A DNA stretch of 64,000 nucleotides from Bdellovibrionales bacterium. GTDB taxonomy: Bacteria; Bdellovibrionota; Bdellovibrionia; Bdellovibrionales; UBA1609. The notes beneath the pieces were generated by a model. That model saw only the letters and a program-made list of their open reading frames with translations. It was not told the origin of the DNA and made no database searches. Positions 33,886-44,609 of this stretch are shown here, piece after piece. A program made the position numbers and the translations under genes. The number at the start of each line of letters is the position of its first letter. The stretch's first letter is position 1. The DNA lies in NCBI GenBank assembly GCA_965219095.1, contig OZ244719.1, positions 288,001 through 352,000 on the forward strand, read 5' to 3'.

Positions 33886-35202
33886 CTGGAATTTTAATTT
33901 TTTCTATGTTTAAGATTCATTTTCTTTTAATTTTAGCTATCCTTTTTTCTGTATATTGTCAATACAAGAGGCATTATGTTTTGCCATGAGGATTTTTTTT
34001 GGTTATTTTTTTTATGAAAGAAAAAACTAACCAAGGAGGGGTTATGAAAAGAAGAGTTAAAAAGAAAAGAGTCGAGATTCGATTAAAGAAGAAAGATGTA
34101 GAAGAGTTAAGTCATTTTGTAAAAAGAGCAAAAGCCAAAGCGAGAGAAATCATGAGGGCCCATGTTTTACTTTTAAGCCACAAGGGTCGTTCTCCCACCG
34201 AGATATCAGAGTTTTTAGACACGACTTTAAGAACAGTTCAAAACATAAAGGAGCGTTATAATTCAGGAGGAATCAAGAGAGCTCTTTATGATGCTCCTCG
34301 TCCTGGTCAGCCCAGAATTTTTAATGGGAAAGCCAGGGCTCATATAACAGCTTTAGCCTGTAGTAAGCCTGATGAAGGGTCTGGGGTTTGGAGTTTAAGG
34401 TTGTTGGCAGATAGGGCCGTGGAATTAGGTTATGTTGATAGTATTTCTCATACACAAGTTAGAAAGATTTTAAAAAAAAAAATGAGCTCAGGCCCCATTT
34501 AAAACGTCAGTGGTGTCTGGGGAAACTTGATTCTAATTTTATTTGGCAGATGGAGAGGGTTTTAGATACTTATGAGAGAAAATACGATTTAAAAAATCCG
34601 GTTCTATGTTTTGATGAAAGGCCTTGTCAGTTGATTGATGATGTTTTGATTCCGGTTCCTGTAAGTCCTGGAAAAGAAAAAAGAGAGGATTATCATTATA
34701 AAAGAGAGGGGGTGTAGCTTTATTGGCCGTTGAGCCTTTGACAGGAAAGAGGATTGTGGAGGTGAGTCGTAGAAAGACGAAAGTAGATTATGCAAGGTTT
34801 ATGAAAAAGGTGGCTGCAAAGTATAAAGGTTGTGAAAAGATCACATTGATACAAGATAATTTGAACACTCATAATCCCTCTTCATTTTATGAAAATATGA
34901 AAGCAGAGAGTGCTTTTGATTTAACAAATTGCTTTAAGATGATTTACACACCGAAGAAGGCGAGTTGGTTAAATATGGCAGAGATTGAGTTCTCAGCCCT
35001 TTCAAAGCAATGTTTAAATCGTCGTATAGGAAAATTCTCTAAGATGGAAAAAGAGATCACAGCTTGAGCAAAAAATAGAAATAAAAAAAGGATAAAAATA
35101 AACTGGCAATTTACGAACACTAAAGAATTTACGAACACTAAAGCAAGAGAAAAATTTTCATCCTCATATAAGAATATGAAAAATTAAAATTCCAGTGTAC
35201 TA
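33886..35202 (+). mobile_element. IS630-B, degenerate
   Basis: HTH ORF, A-run frameshift at ~34480, FDE / QDNLNTH / SWLNMAEIE; ends CTGGAATTTTAATT / AATTAAAATTCCAGTGTACTA; internal stops. Confidence 0.88.
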
Positions 35203-35287
35203 TAGTGTAACCTTAAGTTCTACCTTATTCTTAAAAACTTTTTTTTATGCTTTAAATCAGTTTATTTCTATGCTATAAATATAAAAT

Positions 35288-36592
35288 ATGACTTTAAGAG
35301 CCGTCTTATTAACTTTCTTTATAGGATTTTTTTCTCATCAGTTAAAAGCAAGCAGTTGTACTGTTGAGGGTTCCATAGAAGGGCCCATTACAGTCAGCAC
35401 TCATGAGTATGTAAAAAGAGTTTTCCAAGAACGTAAAAATAAAGATTGTTCTTCCATACTTTTCCTCATCAACACACCAGGGGGTGTCTTAAGTATTACT
35501 CATAAAATAGTGTCTTTAATTTTAAACTCTAAAAAACCAGTTTTATGTTTGATCTATCCAGCAGGTGCTCATGCTGCTAGTGCAGGAGCTGTGATTCATC
35601 AAGCTTGTCATTTAAACGGAGCTTTGAAAACCACTCGTCTAGGAGCTGCTACTCCTATCACAAGCTCTGGAAAAGATGTACCCAAGGATTTAAGGAAAAA
35701 AATTGTTAATGACATGATTAGCTGGCTTGAAGGTATAGCTAAGGTGAGAAAGAGAAATAAAAAGTTTGTAAAAGACATTATAAAAGAAGCTAAATCTATA
35801 ACGGCTGAAGAAGCTTTTAAAATTAAGGCTATTGATCATCTTTCAAGATCAAAAAAAGATTTTCTAGACTTCGCTGAGGGAAAGAAAGTTTTTATGTCTT
35901 TAAAAAGCCAGTATGAAATTGTGAGAACAGGACCTCTCAAAATTCTTAATTTGAATTTTAAAGAAAAATTTTTAGAATTCACTAGCCATCCCGCTGTGGC
36001 GGCCCTTATCACTATGGGAAGTTTATTTTTACTTTATGTTGAGATCACAAGTCCTGGTCTAGGAGTACCTGGTATTTTAGGGGCAGTAGGGCTTATTTTT
36101 TCTTTTGTAAACTTAGAGGTCCTAGGTGTAAGATGGGCTAGCATTTTACTTATGGTTTTAGGTGTGATTTTATTTGTTGCGGAGGCTTTCACTCCTACTT
36201 TTGGGATTTTTAGTCTTTTCGGAGGTTTTTGTTTTATTTTAGGAGGCCTCTGGTTTTTTGATCCTGAAAAGTCTGTAGGTGTATCCTTTCCTACAGAGAT
36301 TCTTTTTTCTATCAGTCTTTTATTTGTTTTAATTTCAATAGGTCTTGCTTTCTTAGTTTGGAGTTCTCGTAAAAATCGCCTGAAAAGAAACACAGTTTTT
36401 CAGATTTTAGAAAAAGAAGGAGAGGTGAAGTTGTTAAGCTCTCAGGATTCCTGTTCCGGCCAAGTAGAAATAGCAGGAGAGATTTGGAAGTTTCAATCTA
36501 AAAAACCTCTGGCTATGGGAGATAAGGTGAGAGTTATCAAAACATCCGAGAAAAACTCTCTTGTGTTAGAAGTTGAGAGAAAGAATTCTTGA
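35288..36592 (+). CDS. nfeD: NfeD-family membrane-bound serine protease
   Basis: INTPGG, AASAG, GAATP, TM region, C-terminal GEIW OB fold; adjacent to SPFH gene. Confidence 0.92.
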   Translation: MTLRAVLLTFFIGFFSHQLKASSCTVEGSIEGPITVSTHEYVKRVFQERKNKDCSSILFLINTPGGVLSITHKIVSLILNSKKPVLCLIYPAGAHAASAGAVIHQACHLNGALKTTRLGAATPITSSGKDVPKDLRKKIVNDMISWLEGIAKVRKRNKKFVKDIIKEAKSITAEEAFKIKAIDHLSRSKKDFLDFAEGKKVFMSLKSQYEIVRTGPLKILNLNFKEKFLEFTSHPAVAALITMGSLFLLYVEITSPGLGVPGILGAVGLIFSFVNLEVLGVRWASILLMVLGVILFVAEAFTPTFGIFSLFGGFCFILGGLWFFDPEKSVGVSFPTEILFSISLLFVLISIGLAFLVWSSRKNRLKRNTVFQILEKEGEVKLLSSQDSCSGQVEIAGEIWKFQSKKPLAMGDKVRVIKTSEKNSLVLEVERKNS

Positions 36593-36703
36593 GAATTTTA
36601 ACGCACTTAGCCTTTAAAATAAAAGATTTTATAATACGATTAGAGGTGTTTTGATTATGAAGTACAATTTTATTTTAATCACTAACAACAAAAGGAGCTA
36701 TTT

Positions 36704-37453
36704 ATGACATTATTTTATATTCTTACAGCCATTTTAGTTATGATTTTACTTTCGGCCATAAAGATTTTACCAGAATGGGACCGTGGTGTAATCTTACAAT
36801 TTGGACGTTATGTGGGCATGAGAGGCCCTGGTATTATCTTTTTAATTCCCTTTGTTGAAAGAATCATTCGTGTTGACACTCGTACAGTAACTATGGACAT
36901 TCAACCTCAAGATATTATCTCTAAAGATAATGTAAGCTTAAAAGTGAATGCTGTAATTTACTTTAGAGTTTTGGATCCATCTCAAGCCATCACAAAAGTA
37001 GAAGATTATTATTTTGCTACAAGCCAATTAGCTCAAACAACTTTGCGATCTGTTTTAGGTCAGTATGAAATGGATGATCTTTTAAGCAATAGAGATAAGA
37101 TCAATCATACCCTTCAGGAAATCTTGGATCGATCTACTGAGCCTTGGGGAATTAAAATCACTACGGTAGAAATGAAGCAAATTGATTTACCTTCCACTAT
37201 GCAGAGGGCTATGGCTCGTCAAGCAGAAGCTGAAAGAGAAAGAAGAGCGAAGGTGATTAGTGCTGAAGGAGAGCTAGAAAGAGCTTCTAAACTAGCAGAG
37301 GCTGCAAACAATATGTCATCCTCTTCAGCTTTGTTTTTAGCTTATTTACAGACACTTACAGAGATTAGTGGAGAATCCTCTAAGCTTCTTGTTATCCCCC
37401 TCCCTATGGACATGTTAGAGCCTTTTGTGAGATCAAAGTCAAATCTCAAGTAA
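36704..37453 (+). CDS. Stomatin/SPFH (slipin) protein
   Basis: [27 protein letters not shown]. Confidence 0.95.
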   Translation: MTLFYILTAILVMILLSAIKILPEWDRGVILQFGRYVGMRGPGIIFLIPFVERIIRVDTRTVTMDIQPQDIISKDNVSLKVNAVIYFRVLDPSQAITKVEDYYFATSQLAQTTLRSVLGQYEMDDLLSNRDKINHTLQEILDRSTEPWGIKITTVEMKQIDLPSTMQRAMARQAEAERERRAKVISAEGELERASKLAEAANNMSSSSALFLAYLQTLTEISGESSKLLVIPLPMDMLEPFVRSKSNLK

Positions 37454-37454
37454 A

Positions 37455-38705
37455 TGAACTTCCCCTGTTTTTGCGGACAGTCAATTTTCTCTTAAAGTCT
37501 CCATAAAATGGAGGTAAAAGAAAGAATGGAAAAAGTAAAACAGTACTCGGAAGAGTTTAAAAAGCAAGCCATTGAATTGGCAGAGGAAATAGGTGCAAAG
37601 GAAGCCTCAGAGAAGCTAGGACTGAGAAATTTCCAAGTGATAAGCTCTTGGAAGCGTTTTCTAAAGCCTGAAGTAGAAAGACAAGCTTCCCATGACTTGG
37701 CTTCGGCATTGGAGGAAATAAAGAGGTTAAAAAAGGAGCTGGTCTATGAGAGGCGGAGTGTAGGTATATTGAAAGAGGCAGCGGCTTTTTTTTCAAAGGA
37801 AATCCTGAAATGAGATTTAAGGCTATGTTTTATGTAAAAGAGAAAGGGCATCCAGTGCTTCGCATCTGCGAATTATTAAGAGGATCTCGTTCTGGTTTTT
37901 ATAGTTTTTTAAAAACCAGGGGAAAGCTTGAAAAGGATAAAAATCTGGAGAAAAACATAGAATCTATTTTTAAAAAAAATAAAGGCTGTTATGGTTCCCC
38001 CAGGGTGTATAGGGAATTAAAGCGTTGCGGAGTGAGTGCTGGAGAAAACAAAGTAGCTCGAATTATGAAACTAAAGAATCTCAGTGCCCGTCAGAAAAAA
38101 CCCTATGTTCCTAGAACAACAAAGAATAACCCTCTCATGATTAAGTCTCCTCGGTTGTTTAAGACAGGACAGAGCCAAGCAGGAAAAGAAAACCAGGTAT
38201 GGTGTTCGGATTTAACCTATATTCCTTTTAGAGATAAATTTCTGTATTTGGTTGTATTTTTAGATGTCTATAATCGAGAGATTAAGTCTTGGAAGCTCTG
38301 TGAGAGCTTGGACGGGGTTCATTCAAAACAGGCTCTGAGAGCCGCAGTCCAATCTGTTTCTGGGAACTTAGAGGGCTTGATAATCCACTCGGATCAAGGG
38401 GTTCAATATTGTTGTGAAGGGTTTAGAAAAGAATTGAAATTCTTTGGCCTCAAGCAATCTATGTCTAGGAAAGGAAATTGTTATGATAATGCGTTTGTGG
38501 AGAGCTTTTTCCATACGTTGAAGGATGAACTGGAATACAAAGACTGTACAACGAAGGAAGAGTTGGAGAAAAAAATTGCAATTTACATGGATTGGTATAA
38601 CAAGGTAAGAATGCATTCTTCCTTGAAATACATGAGCCCAAAAGAATTTAAACAAAGGAGGGCTTTAAGAACATAAAAACTGTCCACTTTTTTGGGGGAA
38701 GATCA
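37455..38705 (+). mobile_element. IS3-family element, complete (orfA 37508-37813, orfB 37810-38676)
   Basis: TG...CA IRs, AAA flanks, WCSDLTY, HSDQG, CYDNA..ESFF. Confidence 0.95.
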
Positions 38706-38767
38706 AAACGCTTAAAAGAGTAAGTTTCCCTTAAACGATGTGATATGATATGGAAAATTACTGTTAT

Positions 38768-38845
38768 GGTGACTGTAGTTCAGTTTGGTAGAGCCCCGGA
38801 TTGTGATTCCGGTTGTCGCGGGTTCAAGTCCCGTCAGTCACCCCA
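38768..38845 (+). tRNA. tRNA-His (GTG)
   Basis: G-1, GTGACTG/CAGTCAC acceptor stem, CCGGA-TTGTGAT-TCCGG anticodon arm, GGTTCAAGTCC, encoded CCA. Confidence 0.97.
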
Positions 38846-38965
38846 ATAGGCGCTGTTGCACAATGCTCTCTGAAAGCAGTTCTATTTTCATGATTTTTTA
38901 CGTTTTTTTATAAGGGAGTACTAAGATATTAGGGCTAAAGACTTGTTATTGATCTGTCATATTTA

Positions 38966-39061
38966 TACCATTTCCAAAAATTAATTCGACATTCTTTTAA
39001 CGCATAGCGTCCTGGCTTTTTAATCAAACTCTGTTAAATTTTTAGAGTGTCTATCAAAAAG
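38966..39061 (+). mobile_element. IS630-A left end joined at GTC to 10 bp of the IS110-A right end
   Basis: ...TTAGAGTGTC|TATCAAAAAG, same junction as 22831-22850 reversed. Confidence 0.82.
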
Positions 39062-39425
39062 AAAATATGGATGACCAGCCTTTTTTTGAAAATCTGGGAC
39101 TTAAAAACCCTGATTAGAAGAGTTAGACTCATCTAAGAAGTAAGCTCATAAAAAGGAGCTTACTATTAACAACAAAAAAGGAGGTCATCCAATGAAAAAT
39201 ATAATGTATATCGGCCTAGACGTCGATGATAAAAGTTTCACAGCTAGCTTAGTCAAAGAGGGCTTAAGTGTAATAGTCGCAACTTAATCTGACAGTTACC
39301 CTTTCTGGGTTGATAAAAAACTGTCTGTCAGTTTTTTATCAACCCAGAAAGGGTAACTGTCAGATCATATAACGTCTATTACAGCTTAAGCGACGAGGTC
39401 ATAAGTATAAAGAGCCGTCCCAACT
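39062..39425 (+). mobile_element. IS110-family element B, left end and transposase N-terminus
   Basis: GGAGG plus ATG 39192 MKNIMYIGLDVDDK; leader repeated (reverse) at 59187-59307. Confidence 0.72.
39269..39383. mobile_element. 115-bp MITE, TGTAATAG...CTATTACA, 7-bp TSD
   Basis: GCTTAAG direct repeat at 39262-68 and 39384-90; internal perfect 37-bp inverted repeat. Confidence 0.85.
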
Positions 39426-40320
39426 CCTGACTTCGACACAACACACTGCAATAAATGAATAATTTCAAATAGTTACAATTTTTGGGGCCACAGGAAAGGG
39501 TTTTTTAAAGGTCAGCAGATTCAGCAGATGTTGTGGAAAAGAGGCTCATAGAGGAGTCTCTTTTAAGCGAAAAAGCACTGTAAATTTCTTCTACTTCCTT
39601 TGTACAACCTGAGGGAAGGCGATAAAGTTTTTTCGTCTTTTTTTCTTTTAAAATACTGTACTGATCTCTTTTTAAGATCTTTCTCATTCTTTCAAAGCTT
39701 AAATTAAGTCCTGCTTGTTTGAGTTTATAAACCATTGTGTAAGAGATCGCATAGGCTAAAAAACAAATGGCAATGTGAGTTTCTATTCTTCTTTTTTTTC
39801 AATGATAAACAGGTCTCATCTTTAATGTCGTCTTATTCACTCTAAAAGCCTCTTCTATTCTCCACAGACTTCTGTAACGACTTAAAAGCTCACTGGCTGT
39901 CTTGTTTTGAACACTTGTTATAATTCCGTGAAGACCGTCCCACAAAGCTTCCTTTTCCATTTTCTCTTCATCTATGCTCACTTTCACATTGTCAACTTTA
40001 ATAAAACGTTTGGCCCCATGATTGGAGATCAACTGACTCACAGGAATCTCCTTGTTTCTTACTTTCTTCATCAAACGATTGATCAAACGCTCTCTTTGAT
40101 TTTGATCTCTTTTGGCTCTTTTTTTCGAATAACTGACTATCAATCTTTTTCCTTCATGCTCTAGCTCTTTCACCCAAAAAAGATGAGACGTATCACAAGC
40201 CACTTGGGTGGGCTTATAGTTTTTATAACTTAAAACCTCTTCTTTTTTCTTGCTAGAAAGGGATTTTAACTTTGCAGCCACAACATACTCTATCCCCATC
40301 TTATCCATAGTCTCTAAATT
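39426..40320 (-). mobile_element. IS1634-family 3' remnant with an internal stop
   Basis: YRSLWRIEEAFR..MRPVYH*, then RIETHIAICFLA; CCTGACTTCGAC end. Confidence 0.82.
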
Positions 40321-40388
40321 CGCCTCCTCAAAAGAATCTATGAGTAAAAACTAGACTCAACTCTCTGTGTGTGGATTTTGAAGTGCAA

Positions 40389-41945
40389 TCAGTATAGTTT
40401 CTTTACAGCCTGACTGACTTTCTTTGTGGATTCTTCTAGGGGTCTAATTTCGATCACTTTATAATGGTCAGTTTTATTCAGTCTTTCCACTCCATTCCAG
40501 AGCATGTAGGGAGCTTTCCAAAACCCAGTCCATGAATCAAAGTGTATGTTATGTCGAGTTTGAAAAGCTAGATTTTTATAAAGTTCACTAAAAATCTTAC
40601 CTCCAAAATTGTTCCAGATCACAAGATAGTAAGAACTCTCAGGAACAAATTGTTTGGCCCAAAGACCACTAAGATCATAAAGAGTGCTTAAATCACCTAA
40701 AAGAGCCCATGTTTTTTGTTCTTTTGAACAAAGCCCAAGGCTTGTAGATATGAGCCCATCAATACCGTTGACACCTCTTTGTGAAACAACACAGGAAACT
40801 TTGTAATGGTTTTGAGAAAATTCATCCCAGTAGCGCAGAGGAAGGCTGTTTCCTAAGAACACCTGGTCTTCTTTTCCTATGTTTTCTGACAAAGTTCTCA
40901 TGAGGGCTTGTTCTGAGAAAGGATGAGATTCTAGAATTTTTAGTTTTTCCTCATAAAGGAAGTCATCTTTTTTACGAAGTTGTTCAGAAAAACAAGTTTC
41001 TTTCAAAAACAAGTTCTTTTTTTTAAAAAACTCTTCAAAAGAAACAGGCTGTTTTTCCATAAAATCAAGACCCGAAAAAGGCTTATGACTGATGTTGAGA
41101 ACGTTTTTATTTTTTAAAGTCCTCCAAAACTTTAAAAAAGGAATAGAACCTATTCTTAAAACACTTTTAAAAGGAATTTGATTTATAAACTGTTCTCCTG
41201 AGGTAATGAGGTAGGGTTTGAGTTTATGAGATTCTCTTAAACCAGAGTGAGCCTCAGCATAAATGAATGTCTTTAGCTGAAAAAGAAAATTTTCTATATC
41301 TTTTTGGAACTTCAAGGGAATTTCCCCTAAAAGAACAAGGGGGTTTTTAAGAGCTTTTACTTTTTGATGGGATTTTCTAAAGTAAGAAGGAGCTTGAGAG
41401 GTCTTGAAAAAAGAACGTGAAAGATTCTTTGAAACTTCTAAGTTTTTAGTAAGAGATTTTAAATCATCTAAAAGGGGTTCTTCAAAACTTACGTTGATAT
41501 GAAGAGGATAAGAGAAACAAGAGGGAATTTTCAGTTTCTTGAAAGGCTCTAAATCGTAATTTTTTAATGTATAAGGAGAGAACATATTTTTTTGTTCTAT
41601 AGTTTGAGGGCAAGCTTTTTTTCTGAACCTATGAGGACGATCAGCTGAAAGTACAATAAGGGGGAGTTGAGAGTAACAAGCTTCAGTTACAGAAGATAAA
41701 AGATTGCTCACAGCTGTACCAGAGGTCGTCACAACACACACAGGACGTTTTGTTTTTTTGATTCGACCGATCGCAAAAAATCCAGACGAACGTTCTTCAA
41801 AAAAAAAGTAAACTTTAAGCTTCTTTTGGCGAGATAAAATTTCCACAAAAGGAGCATTCCTCGAACCAGACCCTACACAAAACTCTAAGACTCCCTTTTC
41901 CACAAGTTCTTTTATAAGGGAAAAAGCCCATTCTACTTGACTCAC
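40389..41945 (-). CDS. menD: SEPHCHC synthase
   Basis: GSRNAP, EERSSGFFA, TTSGTA, ADRP, RGVNGIDG, GDLS..YD. Confidence 0.93.
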   Translation of the reverse strand: MSQVEWAFSLIKELVEKGVLEFCVGSGSRNAPFVEILSRQKKLKVYFFFEERSSGFFAIGRIKKTKRPVCVVTTSGTAVSNLLSSVTEACYSQLPLIVLSADRPHRFRKKACPQTIEQKNMFSPYTLKNYDLEPFKKLKIPSCFSYPLHINVSFEEPLLDDLKSLTKNLEVSKNLSRSFFKTSQAPSYFRKSHQKVKALKNPLVLLGEIPLKFQKDIENFLFQLKTFIYAEAHSGLRESHKLKPYLITSGEQFINQIPFKSVLRIGSIPFLKFWRTLKNKNVLNISHKPFSGLDFMEKQPVSFEEFFKKKNLFLKETCFSEQLRKKDDFLYEEKLKILESHPFSEQALMRTLSENIGKEDQVFLGNSLPLRYWDEFSQNHYKVSCVVSQRGVNGIDGLISTSLGLCSKEQKTWALLGDLSTLYDLSGLWAKQFVPESSYYLVIWNNFGGKIFSELYKNLAFQTRHNIHFDSWTGFWKAPYMLWNGVERLNKTDHYKVIEIRPLEESTKKVSQAVKKLY

Positions 41946-42955
41946 TTTGTGATCCTAAAGAAAGATTTGACGGACTCTTTTTTCAGTTGAACCTCTTCCC
42001 ACTCTTTTTTCTCTATACTTTCACTGATGATACCACAGCCAGCACCAATTTGTGTTATATTTGAATCCCACCTTATGTTGCGAATGGCAATGATGGAAAA
42101 AAACTGATCTTTTCTAGGTAAGTAAACTCCAAACGGAGCACCCCATCTCTTTCTTTCTTGATTTTGTTGTTTTAAATAAGTCCACACCTTTATCAAAGGC
42201 ACTCCTCCTAACGCAGCCGTGGGATGAAGATGTTTTACAAGTCCCTCTATAGAAACATCATTTTTCAACTCCACTTCCATATCTGTTTTTAAATGAGCTA
42301 AAGAAGAAAGCTTCTTTAAAGTTCTTTTTGAAATATGCACTTTCCCTAGGGGGGTGAGCTTTCTCTTAAGGTCTGAGACTACAAACTCATGCTCTCTTAT
42401 CTCTTTTTTATCTTTTAAAAGTTTATCTATGTCAGTTATCTTTGAAGTTCCTGCTAAAGCCATGGTTTTAAGGTAGGACTTTTGTTTAGAAAATAACATC
42501 TCAGGGCTTCTTCCTATGAAGCCTTCTGTTTCATCCCATAGGCCATAAGAAAAAAGCTCTTCATCTGATTCGCAAAAAACCCTCTCAATCCAAGAAAGCC
42601 TTTCTTTGTAGGAGGGTTTTGTTTCAGAGTTAGAAAAAAAAACAGGGACAGCCTTTTGGAAATGGGCTTTTATAAACTGAAGCTCCTTGTTAAACTCTCT
42701 GCGACAAGAATCTTGAAAAACTCTTAAAAACTTCTCTTTTCTCTCAGTGTTAAAAAAAGAAGGGGAAGAGGTAAGTTGTGAGAAAGAGGGAACCCACCAA
42801 GGGGTATGAGTTTCTAAGAAAAAATCAGGTGCATAGAAGCTCATACTCTCAAGAGAGGGTTTTTTCTGCCAAACTCCTTTCCCCCAAGCCAAAACCCATA
42901 AAGAGGGTGTGATTTGTAAGAAGGCTCCGTTCTGAAAAAACTCACGACATAACAC
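41942..42955 (-). CDS. menF: Isochorismate synthase
   Basis: SPE, ALAGT, KEIREH, LHPTAALGG, GAGCGII; overlaps the menD start. Confidence 0.85.
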   Translation of the reverse strand: MLCREFFQNGAFLQITPSLWVLAWGKGVWQKKPSLESMSFYAPDFFLETHTPWWVPSFSQLTSSPSFFNTERKEKFLRVFQDSCRREFNKELQFIKAHFQKAVPVFFSNSETKPSYKERLSWIERVFCESDEELFSYGLWDETEGFIGRSPEMLFSKQKSYLKTMALAGTSKITDIDKLLKDKKEIREHEFVVSDLKRKLTPLGKVHISKRTLKKLSSLAHLKTDMEVELKNDVSIEGLVKHLHPTAALGGVPLIKVWTYLKQQNQERKRWGAPFGVYLPRKDQFFSIIAIRNIRWDSNITQIGAGCGIISESIEKKEWEEVQLKKESVKSFFRITK

Positions 42956-43018
42956 AAGGCTGTTTTTAATAAAAAAAAGTGGAAAAATCTAGGCTTTTCA
43001 TATAACTTTATCAAGTCT

Positions 43019-43825
43019 ATGAAAATTTCCCAGATGAATGTAGATTTTTCCAAAGACTTTCTTTTGATGGCAGGGCCTTGTTCTATTGAGTCATTTGAAC
43101 AACTCTCTCATGTGGCAAAGTGGGTGAAAGAAAAGGGAGCTTGTATTTTAAGGGGTGGGATTTTTAAATTAAGAACCTCTCATAAAAGCTTTCAGGGAAA
43201 GGGCCATGAAGCCTTTGATTGGGTTAAAACCATCAAAAAACAAACAGGTCTTCCTTTTATTAGCGAAATTACAGATCCAAGACAAATTGAAAGCTTCTTA
43301 GAGTTTGTAGATATTTTTCAAGTAGGTACACGTAACATGTACAACTATGAAATGCTAAAAGAACTGGGAAGCATTGATAAGCCTGTTTTGTTGAAACGCA
43401 GTTTTTGTAGTCGTGTTGAAGAATGGATCGATGCAGCTGAATATGTAGTTCAACATGGAAATGAAAATGTTATTTTATGCGAAAGAGGGATTCGCACTTT
43501 TGAGACTACAACAAGAAACACTCTTGATCTTAACTCAGTAGCTTTTATAAAACAAAACTTCTCCTTTCCTGTTATTGTGGATCCTTCTCATGGAACAGGA
43601 AAAAGATGTCTTGTAAAACCTATGAGCCTTGCTGCTCTAGCTTGTGGATCTGATGGCTTGATCCTTGAAGTTCACCCAGAACCTAAAAAAGCTCTCAGTG
43701 ATGGAGAACAAAGTTTAGATTTCAAGGAATTTCAAGATATTGTAACCGATCTGAAGCACCTTCTTCCTTCATTTCAAAAACAATTAAAAAGCCCTTCTTT
43801 AAGGCAAGACTCCTTAAGCCTATAA
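43019..43825 (+). CDS. aroF: DAHP synthase, type I-beta
   Basis: AGPCSIES, RGGIFKLRTS, LCERGIRTFE, DPSHGTG. Confidence 0.9.
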   Translation: MKISQMNVDFSKDFLLMAGPCSIESFEQLSHVAKWVKEKGACILRGGIFKLRTSHKSFQGKGHEAFDWVKTIKKQTGLPFISEITDPRQIESFLEFVDIFQVGTRNMYNYEMLKELGSIDKPVLLKRSFCSRVEEWIDAAEYVVQHGNENVILCERGIRTFETTTRNTLDLNSVAFIKQNFSFPVIVDPSHGTGKRCLVKPMSLAALACGSDGLILEVHPEPKKALSDGEQSLDFKEFQDIVTDLKHLLPSFQKQLKSPSLRQDSLSL

Positions 43826-44538
43826 TGGAAGATAACAGAAGTCAAAAAGATAAGAAAAAAGGCCCTTCAAAAAAAACCATCCAAGCTCTTTTTAGTCGTG
43901 TCGTTGAGGGTTATGATTTAGCCAACGATCTGATAACTCTAGGACGTATAAGAGCTTGGAGAAGAAGACTTGTTGAAAAAAGCGGAGTTAAAAACCAAGA
44001 TCTTGTTTTAGATATAGCTACAGGAACAGGAGATCTAGCCTATGAATTTTATAAGAAAAGGGCCTCTGTAAGGGGAGCTGATTTTTGTGAAAAAATGCTT
44101 GAAAAAGCAAAAAAAAAGTATCCCAAGCTTTCTTTTGAATACGCTGATCTTATGAATTTAAAATACGAAGATAATTTTTTTCATATTTCAAGTGTTGCGT
44201 ATGGACTTAGAAATGTAGAGGATTTAGAAAGAGCTCTTAAAGAGTTAGCCCGTGTAACACGTTCTTCAGGAAAAGTTCTTATTTTAGAAACAGGGAATAA
44301 GCCCTCCTTTTACATAAAGCCTTTTTTTCATTTCCATATGTGCTATCTTGTTCCTCTCATAGGCTCTTTTGTATCAAAAGATAAACTAGCCTATGAGTAT
44401 TTACAAACATCATCCTTTCAGTTTCCTGCAAGAGAAGAGTTTGTGAAACTTATAAAAGAAACGGGCTGTTTTGCCTCTGTAAATTATGAAGTTTTTATGG
44501 GGGGAGCAAGTTTTCTTTATTGTGCTGAGGTTATATAG
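43825..44538 (+). CDS. menG: UbiE/MenG methyltransferase
   Basis: YDLAND, LDIATGTGD, YGLRNV; next to menDF. Confidence 0.85.
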   Translation: MEDNRSQKDKKKGPSKKTIQALFSRVVEGYDLANDLITLGRIRAWRRRLVEKSGVKNQDLVLDIATGTGDLAYEFYKKRASVRGADFCEKMLEKAKKKYPKLSFEYADLMNLKYEDNFFHISSVAYGLRNVEDLERALKELARVTRSSGKVLILETGNKPSFYIKPFFHFHMCYLVPLIGSFVSKDKLAYEYLQTSSFQFPAREEFVKLIKETGCFASVNYEVFMGGASFLYCAEVI

Positions 44539-44607
44539 TGCTTCCGTTTAGGTTTTCATGTTTTTTCTCTAAAGAATCGACCGGAAAATCTAAGCGTATT
44601 CACTATA
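44534..44607. mobile_element. 74-bp IS630-derived MITE, copy 2
   Basis: Near reverse complement of 649-722; overlaps the menG stop codon. Confidence 0.85.
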
Positions 44608-44609
44608 TA

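Noticed and set aside
35108..35143. 18-bp tandem duplication
   Set aside because: Local slippage within a dead IS630
38846..40380. Integrative island or prophage at tRNA-His
   Set aside because: No integrase and no tRNA 3' duplication seen; only IS debris
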